IMG/VR virus record: IMGVR_UViG_3300037511_000504
Location: 1 to 47,174 of that record
Origin: a virus
Lineage: Duplodnaviria > Caudoviricetes
Strand: one strand, 5' to 3'
DNA: 47,174 bases
The stretch's first letter is position 1. Each line of letters starts with the position of its first letter. The position numbers were made by a program, and so were the translations under genes. The notes below the pieces were generated by a model, which saw only the letters and a list, made by a program, of their open reading frames with translations, made no database searches and was not told where the DNA came from. Shown here piece after piece: positions 1-8,080 of this stretch.

Positions 1-127
1 CACCGGACTGGGGGCCGCGGTGAAGACGGGGGCCGGATATGGTGCTTTTCAGGGGCTAACCGAGGGCGGGGCGGACCTCACCCGCGGAGAGTTCGGCGAG
101 GCGGCTGGGGACGTGCTCAAGGGCGCG
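1..127. repeat. Terminal direct repeat (copy 1), probably the circular-assembly overlap
   Basis: 1-127 is identical to 47048-47174. It lies inside an ORF that stays in frame across the junction, and 127 is a common assembler k-mer length. Confidence 0.95.
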
Positions 128-1786
128 GCGTTCGGGGGGGCCATGGGCGCTGGGTTCCACGGAGCCATGCGCCTGGGGCAGCGCGGCGTCCAGGCCCTGC
201 GCGGCGCTCGCCAGGATGTGCTCGCTCAGGAGACGGCTGCCGCGCGGGAGGCAGCAGATGAGGGACAGGCGGCGGCCGCTAAGGCCTTCGAGAAGGAGCG
301 CCGGGAGGTTGGTTCCGCCCGGGAGATGAACAAGGCCTTCGACAAGAAGAAGGCCAAGGAACTCGTCCAGCGGGCGCGTGGCGACAAGGCGGCGCCAGGA
401 GACGAGCCAGACACGAAGATGCTTCAGGACATGCGCGGCAAGGCTGAGGAGCGCCGGGCCCTCAACTACGATCGCGTGCGTCAGCGCCAGAAGGATATGG
501 AGGATCCCGCGCTCACGCCGGAGGGAAAGGCCGAGAACCAGCAGTACATCGATAAGTACGGCCACGCCGTGAACAATCCAGGAGCCTTCCGCCGCGAGTT
601 CATCGAGCGCTACCTCCGCCAGAGGTACGGGAGCGACGTGGCAGACCGGCTCATGCGCGAGCGCATCGGCCCCGGTGGCGAGGTACTTCCACGGCAGAAT
701 CCGACCACCGTGCCGCCTCAGTCAACGCCGCCACCCGGACCAGAGAGGGCCACGGGTGTGCACGAGGTCGCGCTCTCGGAACTCGACGACATCCCAGCGA
801 AGGCATGGAACCGGGGACGCTCAGATCCCATCCGGCAGGGCTACAGCAGCGGCGCCCCCATACCTCCGATCCGCGTCACCCAGGGCGACGACGGCCTCCG
901 CGAGCTGGTGGACGGCAATCACCGTCTCGCCATCGCCCGCGAGCTTGGCATCCCAAGGATTCAGGTGGATTTCGAGTCCGCAGAGGCTGCCGCACTCCGA
1001 CAAGGCCGCCCCAGGGGCTCATCCGTGTTCAACGATGCTGTGGCGCCAATGGATGCGGCCAGGACGGCCTCACCAGTCATGGCATCTCGGCAACTCCCAT
1101 CTCCGATAGCCCCACCGCCCGCCATCCGCGAGGGCGCCACGGGCATGCCCTACGGCCGAAACCTCCGCCCAGAGCTGCCGCCAGAGCCCACCACCCAGCT
1201 GGCCCAGTCCATGGCAGCGCCCGAGCACGTGTCGGCGGATGCACTTCCCGCCAGCGCGGCGTCTGTACCGAACATCCAGCGCCCACCAACCTCCGGGCAA
1301 CCAGCGTCTCTGGTTGGAGCACCCGTGCCCTCGGCGGTGGGCGACATCCAGGATGTGACGCGGCTCGCTGGGCCTGAGGACGTGGGGCCCCTGGCGACAG
1401 AGCGCGCCGCTGCTCGCGAGCAGAGCGCCTTCCGCGCCGTCGGGCGTGCTGGATACGATGGCGTGAGGGCCGGGCAGAGCACTCTGGGCGCCATCTTCGG
1501 GGGCCTCGGCGGCGTCACCCGCGAGATGCTCCGAGACCCTGCCGTGAAGGCCCGTGTCCTGGCAGCAGCCCGCCTCCACGTGCTCGCCCGCATCAACCCG
1601 GCGCTCTACGCCCGGGTGGGAGCCCAGCTCCAGTCGGCGGGGCCACACCAGCGGACGGCTGAGCACCTTCTGCTCCGGAAAGATCCGGAGTACCGGGAGG
1701 CGCGGCAGAAGGCGGCGGAGCAGGTGGCGGTGATGTCCGACCAGCAGTTGGTGGAGCTCTTCGCACAGGCGGGCGACGCGCCCTAG
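20..1786 (+). CDS. C-terminal part of a large ejection/internal virion protein with an internal ParB/Srx-like domain (true start 46650, ~727 aa)
   Basis: In frame with ATG 46650 across the junction. Gly/Ala-rich glycine-zipper segments, motif PPIRV...LVDGNHRLAIARELG, and last gene of the virion operon. Confidence 0.7.
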   Translation: MKTGAGYGAFQGLTEGGADLTRGEFGEAAGDVLKGAAFGGAMGAGFHGAMRLGQRGVQALRGARQDVLAQETAAAREAADEGQAAAAKAFEKERREVGSAREMNKAFDKKKAKELVQRARGDKAAPGDEPDTKMLQDMRGKAEERRALNYDRVRQRQKDMEDPALTPEGKAENQQYIDKYGHAVNNPGAFRREFIERYLRQRYGSDVADRLMRERIGPGGEVLPRQNPTTVPPQSTPPPGPERATGVHEVALSELDDIPAKAWNRGRSDPIRQGYSSGAPIPPIRVTQGDDGLRELVDGNHRLAIARELGIPRIQVDFESAEAAALRQGRPRGSSVFNDAVAPMDAARTASPVMASRQLPSPIAPPPAIREGATGMPYGRNLRPELPPEPTTQLAQSMAAPEHVSADALPASAASVPNIQRPPTSGQPASLVGAPVPSAVGDIQDVTRLAGPEDVGPLATERAAAREQSAFRAVGRAGYDGVRAGQSTLGAIFGGLGGVTREMLRDPAVKARVLAAARLHVLARINPALYARVGAQLQSAGPHQRTAEHLLLRKDPEYREARQKAAEQVAVMSDQQLVELFAQAGDAP

Positions 1787-2361
1787 GCCGCCCGCTTCAC
1801 AAAGGGTTCGGCCTCCATCTTCAGCCTCCCCCAGACCGTCCAGCCAGGGGCGTGTGGCTCGTCCCGGCTGAACATCTCCAGCCATGGGCCACGGGAGCGC
1901 GCCATCACGAGGTCCTTGAACGGCAGCGGCTTAGCGGAGTGCTTGCCCCGCGGATGCATGTGCAGGCTGCTCAGGTCGTGACGCCCTGTGTAGACGCTCG
2001 GGTCCTGGCCCCGCCCACGGACACCGAACAGGATGTGCTCCGTCCGCCCGCGGAAGTACTGTCCGATGCCATCCTTGTCCTTGCCCCACGTCACTAGCGA
2101 CACCGGACGGAAGCCGAGCTCCCTCATGAGCCGCTGCGCCTCCCCGTTGACCAGGAAGGTGTTGGTGACCCACATCCACAGGTGGGCGTGCTCGTAGAAG
2201 CTCCAAAGCCCGGAGCCGACGATGACGCGCGGCATGTCCTTGGTCTTCACTAGCTCGTAGTGGTTCTGGGCACCACGCCCACCGCCTCCGGACTCGAACC
2301 ATGGTGGATCTATGAGCGCTGCCCGGAACACGTCGCGCACCGGAAACAGGTTGCCGGTCAT
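1783..2361 (-). CDS. MT-A70 family N6-adenine methyltransferase
   Basis: Motifs IDPPW, HLWMWVTN, TWGK, YFRGRTEHILFG, HSAKP, LEMFSR, GWTVWG. Confidence 0.92.
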   Translation of the reverse strand: MTGNLFPVRDVFRAALIDPPWFESGGGGRGAQNHYELVKTKDMPRVIVGSGLWSFYEHAHLWMWVTNTFLVNGEAQRLMRELGFRPVSLVTWGKDKDGIGQYFRGRTEHILFGVRGRGQDPSVYTGRHDLSSLHMHPRGKHSAKPLPFKDLVMARSRGPWLEMFSRDEPHAPGWTVWGRLKMEAEPFVKRAA

Positions 2362-2840
2362 GGCGCGAACGTCTCCTCGGCCGCGTGGGCGGCACAGCGC
2401 GGGGGTCTCGTCCCGGGCACGGCGGAGGTGGTGCAGAAGTCCGCCTTGCAGGTCTCATCCAGGGAGCGGGCCTTGTCGGTTCCTGGGCGGAATGGTCGCT
2501 CCTTGCGAGAGGCTCCGGCCAGCGCCCCGTCCTTGGGGTCCCACGGGCACAGCGTGTGTTGCAGCATCGCACGCGCGTCGTCGGGCGTGCGGATGATGTA
2601 CGTGGGCACACCCACCGCGTGCGCCTTGGTGAAGCACTCCGCCTGCTTTGGCGTGAGCCCTCGCTTCGCGCCCTTCACCTCTGCGCGGAACATCTGCTCG
2701 TCGTAGTGCACCAGCGTGTCGGCCAGCCCTGGGCCGCTCACACTCTCCACGTAGGCACCCATCTGGTTCCAGTATTCGATGATGCCTACCTCGTTCAGGT
2801 CCCGCTTCTTCCCGTGCCTCGCCAGCCCCCTGGAGCTCAT
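2358..2840 (-). CDS. VRR-NUC-like PD-(D/E)XK nuclease / Holliday junction resolvase
   Basis: RDLNE...GLADTLV...AEVKG..RGLTPKQ pattern. Confidence 0.7.
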   Translation of the reverse strand: MSSRGLARHGKKRDLNEVGIIEYWNQMGAYVESVSGPGLADTLVHYDEQMFRAEVKGAKRGLTPKQAECFTKAHAVGVPTYIIRTPDDARAMLQHTLCPWDPKDGALAGASRKERPFRPGTDKARSLDETCKADFCTTSAVPGTRPPRCAAHAAEETFAP

Positions 2841-3016
2841 AGCAGACCTAAGGCCTTCCTGGCCTTCCAGCCCTGGAGGTTAGTGACGGTGCGCCGCGTC
2901 TCCTCGTCCCACCACTCGCGGATGGGCGGAACGCTCTCCAGGCCCCTGGGCGCGAAGAGTTTCTTGCAGAGTTCATCGATGGCCTGCTGCTTCGTGGCCC
3001 CACGCGCCAGTCTCAT
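2837..3016 (-). CDS. Hypothetical protein (59 aa)
   Basis: ATGA overlaps with both neighbours; start at 3016 preferred over 3223. Confidence 0.55.
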   Translation of the reverse strand: MRLARGATKQQAIDELCKKLFAPRGLESVPPIREWWDEETRRTVTNLQGWKARKALGLL

Positions 3017-3192
3017 GAGCGTCTCCGGATGATGATGGCCACACCGTCGCGCGGCCACAGCGGTCGTATCATGCTCAGTGCCGCTCGAAGATGCGCGCGC
3101 GCATAGTCTAGATGCAGGGGCCTGGTGATGGTGGTTCGTGTTCGTGTTCGTGGCCCAGGCCCACTGCTCCTCACCTCGATGTCGAGCCTCAC
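3013..3192 (-). CDS. Hypothetical protein (59 aa, not in the ORF track)
   Basis: GTG at 3192 overlaps the upstream stop (GTGA) and the TGA overlaps the ATG at 3016. Reads VRLDIEVRSSG...IIIRRRS. Confidence 0.5.
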   Translation of the reverse strand: MRLDIEVRSSGPGPRTRTRTTITRPLHLDYARAHLRAALSMIRPLWPRDGVAIIIRRRS

Positions 3193-3407
3193 GCCGCCAC
3201 CCCCATCCTCTGCGCGCGCTCACGCTGCCAGTCCCGGAACACGCTCAGGCCGATGAACGCCGCCGCGCCCTTCAGCGAGCGGAGGATCTTCTCCCAGTCG
3301 CTCAGGCATGAGGCACAGTGCGGCTCATGTATCCTCCCACCGAAGCTGATGTGCCCACTGCTCCTCGGCCAGTCACACGCCGTGCATCGTCTCTGCTGGA
3401 ACCTCAT
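3189..3407 (-). CDS. Small CxxC-CxxC zinc-ribbon protein
   Basis: CTAC and CASC motifs, GGAGG SD, coupled to neighbours. Confidence 0.6.
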   Translation of the reverse strand: MRFQQRRCTACDWPRSSGHISFGGRIHEPHCASCLSDWEKILRSLKGAAAFIGLSVFRDWQRERAQRMGVAA

Positions 3408-4459
3408 GCTGCCTCCGTTGGTGCTGCGTCATTCTCCGAATAGTTCTCGCCAGAGCCCGCGCCAGGCGTGAGCGGCCTGAGCCGGAACAGCACCGTTCCC
3501 AAGGGCGCGAAGTCGGTCCACCCGAGAGGCAGTCCCATTAGCCACTCGACGAAGAGCGGGTTGAGCTGGAGCGAGCCAAGGGGCGGCGGAGAGGACTCTG
3601 GCCCATCCTCCTCGGTCGTCAGGAGCAGGGGGGTAGAGCGGGAGGCCACCTCGTTGAGCGGCCGGCTGTTCCTGTCGTGCGTCTCCTGCGATGCCTGCCC
3701 GGACTTCCAATCCCTGGCTGATGGCGTCGGCCACTGCCGCGTCAGATCGCAAGCCTCCCCCGCCAACGTCTTTCCGTGTCCATTGCCGTGGCTCGGGGCG
3801 TTGGTGGTGGTGCGGTTCTCGTTCGGCGACGCGCGCGGCGTCGGCCACATCCCACGGGTCCACAGGAGCGAGGCTGCCGGCGTCGATGGGTCGCCCTTGC
3901 TCCCGAGGTCCCGTTCGCTCCCCGCCTTGTCGGCGTTGGAAGCCTTGGGAGTGGGCCAGAAGGAAGACCCGGGCCCGCTGGTGAGGGGCTCCAACGTCAC
4001 GCGCACGAACGACGGTCCAGGCGCCGCGGTAGCCGCGCTCTTCGAGGTACTCGCAGACGCGGGGAACAACATGAGTTGCTCCGGCGACGTTCTCCCAGAA
4101 GAAGAACGGGGCTTCGCACTCGACGGCGATACGGACGTGCTCGAAGAAGAGCCGGGAGCGCTCCCCGTCGAGTCCTGCCCGCCTCCCGGCGAGACTGAGG
4201 TCCTGGCACGGCGTTCCGCCAGAGACGAGATCCACGAGGCCACGCCAGCGCGTAGCGTTGAACGTGCACACGTCGTCCCAGACAGGAGCCGACGCCAGGA
4301 CCGCTTCTTCCATGCGCGCGACGAGACATGCAGCAGCGAAGGCTTCCCGCTCGATGTACACCACAGCTTCCGCACTACTCGCGAGCTGGATCCCGAGGTC
4401 GAGCCCGCCGACTCCGGAGCACACGCTAATAGAAGTTCTCGGGGGACGTGGAGCCACAT
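3404..4459 (-). CDS. Overlapping alternative-frame C5-MTase partner (TRD-like WPTP repeats plus motif IX)
   Basis: 351-codon ORF almost fully overlapping the MTase in another frame. Three WPTP repeats and LNPLFVEWLMGLPLGWT; its stop overlaps the next ATG. Confidence 0.75.
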   Translation of the reverse strand: MWLHVPRELLLACAPESAGSTSGSSSRVVRKLWCTSSGKPSLLHVSSRAWKKRSWRRLLSGTTCARSTLRAGVASWISSLAERRARTSVSPGGGQDSTGSAPGSSSSTSVSPSSAKPRSSSGRTSPEQLMLFPASASTSKSAATAAPGPSFVRVTLEPLTSGPGSSFWPTPKASNADKAGSERDLGSKGDPSTPAASLLWTRGMWPTPRASPNENRTTTNAPSHGNGHGKTLAGEACDLTRQWPTPSARDWKSGQASQETHDRNSRPLNEVASRSTPLLLTTEEDGPESSPPPLGSLQLNPLFVEWLMGLPLGWTDFAPLGTVLFRLRPLTPGAGSGENYSENDAAPTEAA

Positions 4460-4463
4460 TCAC
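3429..4463 (-). CDS. DNA (cytosine-5) methyltransferase, catalytic polypeptide (motifs I-VIII and X)
   Basis: SVCSGVGGL, YIERE, WDDV, GTPCQDLS, WENV, PHQRARVF, RLRALGNG. Confidence 0.93.
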   Translation of the reverse strand: MNVAPRPPRTSISVCSGVGGLDLGIQLASSAEAVVYIEREAFAAACLVARMEEAVLASAPVWDDVCTFNATRWRGLVDLVSGGTPCQDLSLAGRRAGLDGERSRLFFEHVRIAVECEAPFFFWENVAGATHVVPRVCEYLEERGYRGAWTVVRARDVGAPHQRARVFLLAHSQGFQRRQGGERTGPREQGRPIDAGSLAPVDPWDVADAARVAEREPHHHQRPEPRQWTRKDVGGGGLRSDAAVADAISQGLEVRAGIAGDARQEQPAAQRGGLPLYPPAPDDRGGWARVLSAAPWLAPAQPALRRVANGTASRVDRLRALGNGAVPAQAAHAWRGLWRELFGE

Positions 4464-5332
4464 CGTCCACCGCCCCTCTGCCGCTGGCCTGGGGCCTCAA
4501 AGGTAGGGAAGCGCTCCTCCTCGCGCCGCACGTGCAGCACGCCCGAAGCTCGACTCACCGTGGCCACCCAGTGCTCGGCAATGCGGCGCCAGATCCGGCC
4601 TTCCTGGTTGGCGGGGGCCTCCTTGCCCTCCCAGTCCAGGCGCCGGTGGAGCTCGCCCGGCAGCACGTTGGCGGAGATGACGGTCCGCTTCTGCCACGTC
4701 CACCTGGCATCCAGGATCTCGAAGAGCGCCCCCGTCACATGCTTGGTGAGCGTCTCTGCCCCGAGGTCGTCCAGCACCAGGAAGCGCACGCGCTGGGCCT
4801 GAACAACCAGCTGCTCCAGCTCCCAGCTGGGTGTCGAGGAGAGTCGCGCGGCGGACAGGAGCCACGCCGGAAGCAACTCGCCCGTCGCTCTAGGCCCTAC
4901 GCTCCTGGCGGCCCAGTTCGCCGCGGCTACGGCCGCTCCCTGCGTCTTCCCCATCTCCGCCGGGCCGCACAGGCACAGGAACGGGTGCTCTGGGCGCTGC
5001 CCCTGGGCCACGGGCAGGGAGATCCAGGCCCGCGCCACGGCCACGGCTGGCCACTTCGCCAGCGAGCGGTTCTCAAGCGGGTCCGTGTGGCGGAGCCCGA
5101 ATCCAGCCTCTCGGAGCACTGGCACGACGGGCGCTGGGCCGGCATCTTCCGCGTCCGCGCGAGCGCGAGCCGCGAGGTGGTAGTCCTGGAGCGTGAGCGA
5201 GCCGCTCCCAGGTAGGTTAACGCGGCGTCGGCACTCAGCGCGCTCCTCCGGTGTCATCGAGCGGGCCTTGTCCATGGCGGCGCGGAACAGGGTCTTGAAG
5301 CGGCCAAGGTCTTCAGTCGGGTTCGGTGCCAT
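4460..5332 (-). CDS. DnaC/IstB-like AAA+ helicase loader
   Basis: Walker A GPAEMGKT, Walker B FLVLDDLGAE, ILDAR...TVISAN. Confidence 0.85.
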   Translation of the reverse strand: MAPNPTEDLGRFKTLFRAAMDKARSMTPEERAECRRRVNLPGSGSLTLQDYHLAARARADAEDAGPAPVVPVLREAGFGLRHTDPLENRSLAKWPAVAVARAWISLPVAQGQRPEHPFLCLCGPAEMGKTQGAAVAAANWAARSVGPRATGELLPAWLLSAARLSSTPSWELEQLVVQAQRVRFLVLDDLGAETLTKHVTGALFEILDARWTWQKRTVISANVLPGELHRRLDWEGKEAPANQEGRIWRRIAEHWVATVSRASGVLHVRREEERFPTFEAPGQRQRGGGR

Positions 5333-6080
5333 ACAAGTTCGTTCCGAGGACAGAGGTGAAGTCGGACATCGTGGGACCGGTGCTCACGGCAGCCGGTGGG
5401 GCGGTCTCCGTCGAGGCGCAACTCTGCCAGCGCCGGTTGAGGGAGGGGAGATCCTGGACGGGGGCCTCCCCGTTCTTCCACCGCCAGCGGAGCCCGATCT
5501 TCCAGCGGCGGACCACCTCTGCCGAAGCGGCTTCTCCTCGGGTAGACACGTCCTGGTCCGCGCTCGCAAGGAGGTCCCGCACTGCCGCGGCGTCCGTGCC
5601 ACCGTTGAAGCGGTAGGAGCGCCCGGTGGCATCCTGGCAGGCGCTCACGAGCAACTGGACGAGCGGGGCGTGCCTGGGGTCGGTCGGCTTCTCGGGTTTG
5701 GACTGACGCTTCCGTGTCTGACGCGGCGCTCCCTGGGGCTCGAGGCGAGGCTCGTTGCGGGGCGCCGACGAAGGAGGCGGAACTGGGGGAGGAGAAGAAG
5801 GGGGAAAGGATAAAGGATAGGGGGATGAGGGTTCGGGAGAAGGGGGGAAGGAAGAAGGAAAGGGGGAGGTAGAGGAGGGGGCTATTCCTACGGATTCCGG
5901 TGGAATTCCGGTGGACCGTGAAGCCTTACGCTCGCGGTCGTAGGCACGACGGCGCTCGGCCGTCGCGTCGCGGTTGAGACGGGAGGCGAGGATCTCCATG
6001 GCCTTGGCGAGCCCGTCGCGCTCGCCCTCTGCTCGGATCCGGGCCTCGCGCTCTGCCTGGAGCTGCTCTTCGAGCGTCAC
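5313..6080 (-). CDS. Putative replication initiator
   Basis: Directly upstream of the loader. RRRAYDRERK helix, Pro/Ser linker and internal short direct repeats. Confidence 0.55.
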   Translation of the reverse strand: MTLEEQLQAEREARIRAEGERDGLAKAMEILASRLNRDATAERRRAYDRERKASRSTGIPPESVGIAPSSTSPFPSSFPPSPEPSSPYPLSFPPSSPPPVPPPSSAPRNEPRLEPQGAPRQTRKRQSKPEKPTDPRHAPLVQLLVSACQDATGRSYRFNGGTDAAAVRDLLASADQDVSTRGEAASAEVVRRWKIGLRWRWKNGEAPVQDLPSLNRRWQSCASTETAPPAAVSTGPTMSDFTSVLGTNLYGTEPD

Positions 6081-6850
6081 GCCTTCACCCCGCTCAGCGC
6101 TGCGATATGGGACATGAGATCAGGCGCCGGCGTGAACCACTCCCCGTGGAGGCGGTGCGCCGCGAACCGCGCGTGCATGGCGGACTCGTCCTGGATGGTG
6201 CCCTCGAAGGTGGCAAGGACTTTCAGTGGTTGGCGCTCCGCGCGCTGGAGTTCGCCGCGGCGCCGTTCCACATCCCGGCTGATGCCGATCTTGATAGGCC
6301 CCCCCGTATCCGCCTGGATGAAGTACACCCAGCGACGCGCACGCAGGCGCTGCTGTTCCTGGCGCTCGGATCGTCTCTGGGCGTCGAGGATGACCTGCTC
6401 TGCCTGCCACTGTGCCCGTTCCTCCGGTGTTCGGAGACGCACTAGCGGAGGAGCAAGGTCAACGCTCGGAGGCGGCACGCCAGGATTCTCGGCGTACCAC
6501 TCTTCAAGTTCAGGCCGGACTCTGACGCGGCGGCGCTCCCGCCTGTACACGCCCAACCCCGCCACGGCATGCGTTCCGGATGCGACGCGCATCACCAACG
6601 TGGTGCGCAGCATCGCTTCCAGCAGCGCTGCTGGATCCCCGTCCCAGCCCACCCCGGCGGCAATGAGTGCGGCGGGGTCCTGGTCCGCAAGCTGGCCGGA
6701 GAGGTCTCCGTCAGGCGCCAGGTCCAGCGCCCAGGCTGTGAGGGTGACGTACAGCCCGACGCCATGGGCCTCGGGGATGCGCAGCAGCCGCGCCATGGTC
6801 CGCGCGCGCACCATGCCTTCCTGGGTGACCTGGAGGAATGGGAGGCGCAT
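6077..6850 (-). CDS. Initiator-like N-terminus fused to a GIY-YIG (T5orf172/MUG113-type) domain
   Basis: VYFIQA..GPIKIGIS.DVERR...E.AMHARF..HRLHGEWF. Confidence 0.8.
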   Translation of the reverse strand: MRLPFLQVTQEGMVRARTMARLLRIPEAHGVGLYVTLTAWALDLAPDGDLSGQLADQDPAALIAAGVGWDGDPAALLEAMLRTTLVMRVASGTHAVAGLGVYRRERRRVRVRPELEEWYAENPGVPPPSVDLAPPLVRLRTPEERAQWQAEQVILDAQRRSERQEQQRLRARRWVYFIQADTGGPIKIGISRDVERRRGELQRAERQPLKVLATFEGTIQDESAMHARFAAHRLHGEWFTPAPDLMSHIAALSGVKA

Positions 6851-7119
6851 CAGCGTGCGATCTCCGGGTTCTTCTCAACGGCCCACAGCCAGAGCTGAGA
6901 GAGCGCCGCCTGCATGTCGGCCGGAGTCCTGAAGCGGAGACGCCCGCGCTCAAGGGCGGTGATGCTGGATGGGGCCAGAATCCAGCCCCGGGCGACCTCT
7001 CGCACGCCGAGGCCGTAGAGACGGCGGACGGTGCGGAAGGCACGCCCCTCGCGCCCAGCGGACATGGGACTGGCGGTCTTCGTGCGCCACATGAATCGAA
7101 ACCGCGAGAGTGATGTCAT
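6850..7119 (-). CDS. Hypothetical, possibly HTH-like protein
   Basis: Coupled ORF with GGAGG SD; VRRLYGLGVREVA...ITALERG resembles an Xre-type HTH. Confidence 0.5.
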   Translation of the reverse strand: MTSLSRFRFMWRTKTASPMSAGREGRAFRTVRRLYGLGVREVARGWILAPSSITALERGRLRFRTPADMQAALSQLWLWAVEKNPEIAR

Positions 7120-7409
7120 GACACATCCTCCGGCAGCACGTATCGCCCGTTCTTCACGAACTCGCGCGCGGCCCATGGGCGCTTGTAGTGGACATTCACC
7201 ATGAAGCCCTGGGACCCCAAGCACAGGAACCCTCTCGGACTGTCACATTGCGGGCACGACACGAGCACGACGCAAGGGTGTGTCTTGACCCAGGCGCCGC
7301 GGATGTGAGGATGCGGCACGAAGGCCACAGCTGGCCCGAGGTAGACGCGCTTGATCTTCTGCGCGGGCCGCTCTAGCCGCTCCTCTTGGAGGTCGTGCTT
7401 AGGCAGCAT
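7116..7409 (-). CDS. Hypothetical Cys/His (zinc-finger-like) protein
   Basis: TGATG coupling to the Cro-like gene; CPQC...C...H. Confidence 0.55.
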   Translation of the reverse strand: MLPKHDLQEERLERPAQKIKRVYLGPAVAFVPHPHIRGAWVKTHPCVVLVSCPQCDSPRGFLCLGSQGFMVNVHYKRPWAAREFVKNGRYVLPEDVS

Positions 7410-7615
7410 CAGGCGTGCTCGGCAACGGGCAGTCGATACGTCTCTCGCTCCGTCACAGCGCCATGCGTAACGCGCGAGATGCGCTCCATATACCCGGTGC
7501 TCGGCTGGGTGACGCGGCGCTCCCACTTCGAGTAGAGGGCCTGTTCTGCACCGATCTTCTCGGCCATCGTCTCCTGGGTCCACCCCTTAGAGAGGCGAAA
7601 TTCCTTAAGCGTCAT
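7409..7615 (-). CDS. Cro-like Xre/HTH_3 regulator
   Basis: 68 aa, LKEFR...WTQETMAEKIG.EQALYSKWER..TQP; first gene of the leftward replication operon. Confidence 0.88.
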   Translation of the reverse strand: MTLKEFRLSKGWTQETMAEKIGAEQALYSKWERRVTQPSTGYMERISRVTHGAVTERETYRLPVAEHA

Positions 7616-7621
7616 GGCGAA

Positions 7622-7660
7622 AGAATGGCACTTGACTAGTCAGTCCGTCAAGTGCATTGT
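7622..7660. promoter_or_regulatory. Overlapping divergent promoters within a palindromic operator
   Basis: Perfect IR GCACTTGAC-N10-GTCAAGTGC (7628-7655) gives TTGAC -35 boxes on both strands, with CATTGT / CATTCT at -10 spacing. Confidence 0.65.
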
Positions 7661-7682
7661 TTGGCGCACGAACGGAGGTTCC

Positions 7683-7865
7683 ATGGCGAAGAGACATCGG
7701 TGGGACAAGAGCAAGCGCACGACATGGCCGCTAACCTGCCTCGATTGTGGGTGCACGGGCCGCGTGAAGGCGGGGACCGCCGGCACCATGGAGTACAAGG
7801 CGAAAAACAGCCCCGATTGGTGCTGGACCCCTCGCGCCACGTGCTCCACCAGGAAGAAGGTCTGA
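7683..7865 (+). CDS. Small Cys-rich hypothetical protein
   Basis: GGAGGTTCC immediately before ATG 7683; CLDCGC. Confidence 0.6.
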   Translation: MAKRHRWDKSKRTTWPLTCLDCGCTGRVKAGTAGTMEYKAKNSPDWCWTPRATCSTRKKV

Positions 7866-7866
7866 C

Positions 7867-8079
7867 ATGGCCGCGACGCTGAAGTGGGACGGAGACGAGC
7901 TGAAGTTGGGCGCCACGAAGATGGCGGAGATGTTCACGTCGCAGAAGAACGGAGCGCCGTTGTACTTCTACGTCCTCGGCCCTCGCGACACTATGTCGGA
8001 GCCGTACCAGTCCAAGGACGACGCCCGCCAGGACTGTTTCAACGAGGTGCAGCGCCTGCTGAGGAAGGCGGGGGTCTGA
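7867..8079 (+). CDS. Hypothetical protein
   Basis: Tightly packed in the operon with coding-like composition. Confidence 0.65.
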   Translation: MAATLKWDGDELKLGATKMAEMFTSQKNGAPLYFYVLGPRDTMSEPYQSKDDARQDCFNEVQRLLRKAGV

Positions 8080-8080
8080 G

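Noticed and set aside
1-127. 127-bp terminal repeat as a biological DTR
   Set aside because: It falls mid-ORF and equals a common assembly k-mer length, so it is best explained as circular overlap.
3017-3223. TNTNTNHHH extension of ORF 2837-3223 and the CACGAA x3 repeat
   Set aside because: A better-coupled 59-aa ORF (3013-3192) occupies another frame, so the extension is probably off-frame.
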